From: Pyrodictium abyssi | Lineage (GTDB): Archaea; Thermoproteota; Thermoprotei_A; Sulfolobales; Pyrodictiaceae | NCBI RefSeq assembly: GCF_036323395.1 | Contig: NZ_AP028907.1 | Coordinates: forward strand, 900,001 to 932,000 | DNA: 32,000 nucleotides | Direction of reading: 5' to 3' | Part shown: piece by piece, positions 27,053-32,000 of the stretch | Layout of the letters: every line of letters starts with the position of its first letter | How positions within the stretch are numbered: the stretch's first letter is position 1 | Program-made: the position numbers and the translations under genes | The notes under the pieces: model-generated | The model's database searches: none | Told to the model about the DNA's origin: nothing | Seen by the model: only the letters and a program-made list of their open reading frames with translations

Positions 27053-28750
27053 TTGAGGCTCAATAGGGGCTCGGCCATGGCTCTACACCAGGTACTCCAG
27101 GAAGCCTCTAGAGCGATTGACGGACTCCGAGCCTTCGAGCTTGTTTCGCTCCTCTCGAGGTTGCACCGTATCCAGGGCGGCAGCGAGGTAGCAATAGCTG
27201 CTGAGCATGTAGCCCAGCTTCTGGGGGAACTAGGCATAGAGACTAGGCTGGAGACTTTCCGGGGTCCTCTAGGACTCTACGAGCATTGGGGCTTCTGGGA
27301 GCCTAGGGGCTGGCAGCTCTACTCGGCTGTGCTGGAGAGGAGGCGGAGTGACGGAAGTTGGGAAACAGTCGCGTCGAGCCATGAGACCCCCCTCATAGCT
27401 GTCGTGCATTCTCCGCCGGGTAGTGTGGAGGGAGAGGCTAGGCTAGTGGGCAGCCCCGATAGCTACCAGGGCGAGCCAGTGCCGGTGGTGTCTAGCCTGG
27501 CATGGGAGGCGTACTACCGCCTCGTTGAGGCCGGCGCAGATGCAGTAATAGCGTTCCACGAGGGGCCGGGCGTCAGGTACTGGGGCCTCTACCCTCCGTT
27601 CTTCCAGGAGCCGCCAAGCGCGCCAGCGGTGAGTATCGAACGGGAGAAAGCGCTCCGTCTAAACCGCGAGAGAGTCAGGATACGCGTAGAAGCCGAGTAC
27701 CACACAATGCCGGAGACGCCGGTGCTGCTAGCCCGCGTTGGAGGCGATGGCGGCCCTGTGGTGCTGCTGGTAGCCCATATTTGTCATCCAAGACCTGGCG
27801 CGCATGATAACGCTAGTGGCGTCGCTGTGCTCGTCGAGGTAATGGCAGCGCTCAAGGCTGTAGAGAGCCGGCTAAGAGACGCGGGGGTCTCGGTTATAGC
27901 GGTCGCAGCGCCCGAGTGGACGGGGCTTGCAGCAGCCTTTACCCAGGGCCTGCTAGAGCCCTCAGGCATCATAGCCGCGCTGAGCATAGACATGGTTGGC
28001 GCGCGGCTAGGCTCTACGGGTGGGGTACTCCACCTCATAGGGAGCCCGCCCCCGCTAGTGTCTCCGCTAGACCCGGCGCTAGACGCGGCTATCGCAGCGA
28101 GCGTAGAGGGGCCCTATACCGGTCTAAAGAGCTACGAGTGGGGAAGCGACCATGACGTAGCAATAGGGATGGGTGTGCCGAGCTCGCTGCTCAATGAGTG
28201 GCCCGACCGGTACTACCACACAAGCCTCGACACGCCAGACAACCTGTCGCCGCAACGGCTGGCAGCTACAGCCAGGGCTATAGCCGGTGCCATAGTAGCT
28301 CTCGGAGAGAGGCTAGAATATGCAATAGAGGCGGCAAAGGCCAGCACCAGCCTCTACATCTACAGGGCGCTGCTATCCGACATGGCTGTGGAAGGCAACG
28401 CCCGGGAGGCAGCCGTCAAGCTAGCAGAGTACTCCAGAGCGTACCTCGACTCCATCCGTCGCGCCATGAAGAGAGGTGAGCAGGAGCAGCCGTGGAGCCG
28501 CGACATAGATGCCGTGGTTAGGCCGCCCATAACCCGGACTTACCTCTACCTGCGCGGCGGCGAGGCTGGCAAGAAGATACTAGAGCTCGGGGATCGGGAG
28601 AGGAGCGGGGTCAAGGCTATGATGACTATCGCCGCGGCTACTGGTAGCATGGAGATAGCTAAGCTATACTACCAGATGAAGACCGGTAGGCAGCCTAGCG
28701 AAGAGCTAGTAGAACTCGTAGAGAGGATGCTAGCCATGGGCCGCGGCTAG
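27053..28750 (+). CDS. M28-like metallopeptidase/aminopeptidase
   Basis: 565 aa; VVLLVAHICHPRPGAHDNASGVAVLVEV, APEWTG, SIDMVG and WGSDHD are consistent with metal-binding positions of an M28-type peptidase. The internal ATG near 27077 may be the true start. Confidence 0.8.
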   Translation: MRLNRGSAMALHQVLQEASRAIDGLRAFELVSLLSRLHRIQGGSEVAIAAEHVAQLLGELGIETRLETFRGPLGLYEHWGFWEPRGWQLYSAVLERRRSDGSWETVASSHETPLIAVVHSPPGSVEGEARLVGSPDSYQGEPVPVVSSLAWEAYYRLVEAGADAVIAFHEGPGVRYWGLYPPFFQEPPSAPAVSIEREKALRLNRERVRIRVEAEYHTMPETPVLLARVGGDGGPVVLLVAHICHPRPGAHDNASGVAVLVEVMAALKAVESRLRDAGVSVIAVAAPEWTGLAAAFTQGLLEPSGIIAALSIDMVGARLGSTGGVLHLIGSPPPLVSPLDPALDAAIAASVEGPYTGLKSYEWGSDHDVAIGMGVPSSLLNEWPDRYYHTSLDTPDNLSPQRLAATARAIAGAIVALGERLEYAIEAAKASTSLYIYRALLSDMAVEGNAREAAVKLAEYSRAYLDSIRRAMKRGEQEQPWSRDIDAVVRPPITRTYLYLRGGEAGKKILELGDRERSGVKAMMTIAAATGSMEIAKLYYQMKTGRQPSEELVELVERMLAMGRG

Positions 28751-29481
28751 CACTCAACGCTATAGCCTAGCCGCCTAGCCGCCTCGCAGACGGTGGTAAC
28801 AGCATAGCCTTTTCCGCGTAGGAAACGTATCAGCCTCCTTAAGAGGTTCAGGGCGGTATCCCCAGTATTAAAGCGGCAGTCGAGCCGGATAGGAGCACTA
28901 CGCATGTCAACGTACTCCCAGGGATGAGAGAAGTACACCAATGGCGGCGCTAACGCGCTGTGGATAAGCCGCTGCAGCCGCCAGGGTAGACGTAGCACCG
29001 AAGAGGTAACGGAGACTGGCAGGCGCACGAGCCCTCCAGCCACCCGCACTCCTCGCGGGAACGGCGGCTTGTACCTGGCTAGGGAAGAGTCCACAGCGTA
29101 GCCTAGCTCCACGAGTACTGGTAATAGCTCGTCGGGAAGCTGTAGATTTGGTGCACGGAAGGAACGTGTATCGCCATACCTACGTAGCTCCTTAGTAGCC
29201 TTCTCCAGGAGGCGACGAGCCTCAGAGAAGCCGAGCTTGTCAAGACGCTCGTGCATATAGCCATGGGACCCGAGCTCGTGCCCCTCGTCGACAACCCGGC
29301 GGACTAGGCCGGGAAACTTCCTCGCCATCTCCGCGGTGAAGAAGAACGTGGCCTTAACGCCCTCCTCGGAGAGCACGTCTAGGATGCGCGGCAGCCCCTC
29401 CCCCATGCCCCGGGTAGAAGCCAGATAGGGCGGGCAATCCTGCTCAACATCAAAGCTCAACACAGCTATTCTCGGCGTCAA
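28747..29481 (-). CDS. Polysaccharide deacetylase family protein
   Basis: LSFDVEQD, GVKATFFFTAEMARKFPGLVRRVVDEGHELGSHGYMHERLD (NodB motifs), SFRAPN and YFSHPWEY. Confidence 0.92.
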   Translation of the reverse strand: MTPRIAVLSFDVEQDCPPYLASTRGMGEGLPRILDVLSEEGVKATFFFTAEMARKFPGLVRRVVDEGHELGSHGYMHERLDKLGFSEARRLLEKATKELRRYGDTRSFRAPNLQLPDELLPVLVELGYAVDSSLARYKPPFPRGVRVAGGLVRLPVSVTSSVLRLPWRLQRLIHSALAPPLVYFSHPWEYVDMRSAPIRLDCRFNTGDTALNLLRRLIRFLRGKGYAVTTVCEAARRLGYSVEC

Positions 29482-30692
29482 CCCTTAATCCACCGCCACA
29501 GCCTGTATAGGAGATAACGCTTATCGCTCCCGGAGGCAGCGTCTATCGTGGCACGGTATATCTCCAGTATGCTCTGAACCACCCTATCCCACGAGAAGTG
29601 CCTTGCCACGTGTAGCGGGGCATTCTGCGATAGTCTTGCATGTAGATCGTCGTCGAGAGCTAGCTCCGCTATCCTGGCCGCAGCCTCCTCATCACTATCC
29701 ACAAGGAACCCTGTAACCCCGTCGGCTATGGCATCGCTTACACCGCTCTCCCGGAAGCCGATAACCGGGACACCACACGCCATGGACTCGAGAGCAGCTA
29801 TAGAGAAAGCCTCAAGCCGGGCAGGCACTATAGCGACGTCGGCAGCCCAGTATATCTCGCGCAGACGTTGCCTCTCAACGAAGCCAATGATATCTATACT
29901 CGTATAACGGGAGTATCTACGTGCCTCCTCCCTGACGAGGCCTGCTAACGGCCCATCTCCGACTATGACTACGTGGAGACGCTTCCCGGCGCGTCTGGCG
30001 GCCTCCTCGACTATCCTAGGCACGACGTGCATCCTCTTACGCCTTGTGAACCTCCCAACAGCCACTACCGTGAACCGGTCTTCGGGTATCCCTAGCCTCC
30101 TCCGGGCCCTGTTCCTTTCCTCGGCTTCATGGGGCCTCCAGAAAGACGGGTCAACGGCATTCGGGACAATGTAGACTGGGTGGCCGTTAACGTTGAGGAG
30201 CTTTCGAGAGTCTTTGGCTACCTTACGGCTTACCGCTATGTAGGCGTCTACGCGCCTAAGAAGGCGGCGAAGAATGTAGACTATAGGGATCGTCGAGTAG
30301 CGCCAGCTAAAAAGCGAATGATTTGTGGCTACGACTGGCACGCCACGTATACCTCTAGAAAGGTTGGCTATAGCTATAGCCAGGGGAGAGTATATGCTGT
30401 GGATATGCGTAATGTCGAAGCCAACCTCCTTGTATATACGGTTGGCTTCTATGAGCGAGCCAGCGCCAAGGCTTATATGGGCCGACTTTAGGTAGAATGT
30501 CCCTCTAAGCCTGTGGACCGGGTAAGGGAAGGAGTCCCGGTAAGGTTTAAGCACCCTATAATCGTGGGTAAAGACGTGGGGCTCATGCCCCATCCTCTGT
30601 AGAGCAAGTGCCAGCTCGTGTATGTGGGTCTCTATGCCGCCTACCTTGGGGTAAAACCAGTCCGACGCCAGCGCGATTTTAAGAGAGTCCAA
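29478..30692 (-). CDS. Glycosyltransferase family 4/group 1
   Basis: IALASDWFYPKVGGIETHIHELALALQRMGHEPHVFT, VVAVGRFTRRKRMHVV, and ARLEAFSIAALESMACGVPVIGFRESGVSDAI. Overlaps the deacetylase by 4 bp. Confidence 0.95.
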   Translation of the reverse strand: MDSLKIALASDWFYPKVGGIETHIHELALALQRMGHEPHVFTHDYRVLKPYRDSFPYPVHRLRGTFYLKSAHISLGAGSLIEANRIYKEVGFDITHIHSIYSPLAIAIANLSRGIRGVPVVATNHSLFSWRYSTIPIVYILRRLLRRVDAYIAVSRKVAKDSRKLLNVNGHPVYIVPNAVDPSFWRPHEAEERNRARRRLGIPEDRFTVVAVGRFTRRKRMHVVPRIVEEAARRAGKRLHVVIVGDGPLAGLVREEARRYSRYTSIDIIGFVERQRLREIYWAADVAIVPARLEAFSIAALESMACGVPVIGFRESGVSDAIADGVTGFLVDSDEEAAARIAELALDDDLHARLSQNAPLHVARHFSWDRVVQSILEIYRATIDAASGSDKRYLLYRLWRWIKG

Positions 30693-31492
30693 GCCTGCGG
30701 GCCTCCGCCGATAACCACCACGAGGAGTCCAATTAGCGATGCGAAACCATAGGAGATAAGTCTCTCTATCATGACTAGAGCAAGAGCCACACTAGGCTCA
30801 GCACCTAGAGCCACGAAGACCGCTGTAAGCCCACCCTCTACTATGCCAAGGCCACCGGGGGTGATAGCTAGTATGCCGACAACGAGGTACATCACCGATG
30901 CTAGGGCGAAGCGGAGTAGTGGCGCTTCCCAGCCAACAGCTAGCGCAGCTGCGTACAGCCTAAGAACGTCAAATACCCACACCAGAGCGCTAAGAGCGAT
31001 AGTAGTGGCAAAGAGGCCTCTATCGCTTATGAGCCTTCTAACCGAAGCCTCTGTGTCCAACTGGTCGTCGAAGCCGAGCCTCTTAGCCGCTACGGCAAGT
31101 ATTCTATCCCAGTACTTCACGCCAACTATAGTGGCTATGACTATCAGCGCAAACCCGAGGAACACACCGAGAGGCCTATCACCCGAGAGGAGTGCCTCAG
31201 CAATAGATACAACAGCTAACGCTATAACTGGTATGGATTCACATATGCGCTCGAACGCTACGGTATTGAGCAGCTTTACCAGCGGCGCGCCCGTCTTCAC
31301 ATAAGCGTATAGTATCCTCATGAGTTCGCCGCCAGCCCGGGCGCTCGGAGTGATATTGTTAACCAGTATAGACGCCAGATACGCCGCCATGGAGTCCCAG
31401 AGCCGTAGCCTCACCCCGGCCCGCTGGAGCACAATCACCCAGCGGACAGCGTATATGAGAACAGACGCGAGGTAGAGTAGTAATGCAAGCAA
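30641..31492 (-). CDS. Lysylphosphatidylglycerol synthase TM region/UPF0104-like (flippase-like) membrane protein
   Basis: 283 aa polytopic protein; ILVNNITPSARAGGELMRILYAYVKTG and ITPGGLGIVEGGLTAVFVALG are diagnostic. It overlaps the start of the glycosyltransferase. Confidence 0.9.
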   Translation of the reverse strand: MLALLLYLASVLIYAVRWVIVLQRAGVRLRLWDSMAAYLASILVNNITPSARAGGELMRILYAYVKTGAPLVKLLNTVAFERICESIPVIALAVVSIAEALLSGDRPLGVFLGFALIVIATIVGVKYWDRILAVAAKRLGFDDQLDTEASVRRLISDRGLFATTIALSALVWVFDVLRLYAAALAVGWEAPLLRFALASVMYLVVGILAITPGGLGIVEGGLTAVFVALGAEPSVALALVMIERLISYGFASLIGLLVVVIGGGPQAWTLLKSRWRRTGFTPR

Positions 31493-31716
31493 GATATACG
31501 CTGCATCAGCCTCGGCGAGGACCCTGAGGGAGCCCCGGATCCAGCCTAGTGCCTCCAGGGCATTTCACCGCTACGTCCCTTTACATGCCTATTAAGGCCA
31601 TGCAGCGAGGCGGCAGCGAGAACCCTATATTTAGCCTAATCTGGGGCTCCATGATGTGCGTCTAAATTACGTAGAGCCGGGCTCCGGGGACCGGCGTGTC
31701 CAGGGCCCAAAAGACG

Positions 31717-32000
31717 TTAGCGCTTAATGAACTCGAGTAACGAGGCGGCGCCACCGCGGCGTTTCTCGCGCTTAGCTTCACGATACAGCTTTGCAACATC
31801 TATGTGGCGGTACTCCAGGCCGAGGCTAGTGAGTAGTGAGAGAGCGTCCTTGGTTATCGCTGGCGCGGCCAGAATTCCTCTAACCTTGGCCTCTGGGTTG
31901 GCCTTGCGGAAGTTCTCTACGTATCTATGGAGCTGTTTGACTGCTTCAAGCCCCGCTGTGACGCGCTTAACCTCTATCACTACGTAGCGGCCCTCGGAAT
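31717..32000 (-). CDS. nucS: Endonuclease NucS, C-terminal part (continues beyond window)
   Basis: EGRYVVIEVKRVTAGLEAVKQLHRYVENFRKANPEAKVRGILAAPAITKDALSLLTSLGLEYRHIDVAKLYRE. The frame is open through position 32000, so the track start at 31980 is internal. Confidence 0.85.
   Translation of the reverse strand, partial: SEGRYVVIEVKRVTAGLEAVKQLHRYVENFRKANPEAKVRGILAAPAITKDALSLLTSLGLEYRHIDVAKLYREAKREKRRGGAASLLEFIKR

Noticed and set aside
30129-30491. 120 aa plus-strand ORF inside the glycosyltransferase
   Set aside because: Antisense to a confident GT4 coding region; composition is consistent with a shadow ORF.
31727-31987. 86 aa plus-strand ORF opposite nucS
   Set aside because: It is antisense to a recognisable NucS C-terminal sequence.
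1-32000. CRISPR array or cas genes
   Set aside because: No regularly spaced direct repeats of 24-37 bp and no Cas protein motifs were seen on reading.
12738-32000. Second copy of the tRNA-Arg 3' half as an attR site within the window
   Set aside because: I found no second GGTTCAAATCCCCG-like segment by eye. It may lie outside the window or not exist, so element boundaries were not called.

Overview
This 32 kb window reads as chromosomal DNA from a hyperthermophilic crenarchaeon, Desulfurococcales/Pyrodictiaceae-like by protein character (inference only). The housekeeping part includes the 5' part of mre11, herA, a THUMP protein, a radical SAM protein, cysS, an aKMT-like methyltransferase, a pyruvoyl AdoMet/Arg decarboxylase, a CBS protein, a DUF167 protein, argS and tRNA-Arg(TCG). 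A small mosaic accessory island at about 12.82-16.85 kb starts immediately 3' of tRNA-Arg. It contains an archaeal tyrosine recombinase split by a frame change, a RelE-like toxin with a possible antitoxin, a putative PD-(D/E)XK nuclease paired with an uncharacterised gene, and the C-terminal remnant of a copper-type P1B ATPase. The clearest functional locus, at about 17.1-27.0 kb, is an archaeal periplasmic-type nitrate reductase (Nap-like) cluster. It has a monoheme membrane-anchored protein with a Thr-rich stalk, an Fe-S protein, a very large Tat-exported NapA-like catalytic subunit (1254 aa), NapG-like, NapH-like and NapD-like proteins, and no visible NapB. The right end holds an M28-like peptidase, a polysaccharide deacetylase / glycosyltransferase / flippase-like cluster, and the C-terminal part of nucS. 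No CRISPR array or rRNA was seen.
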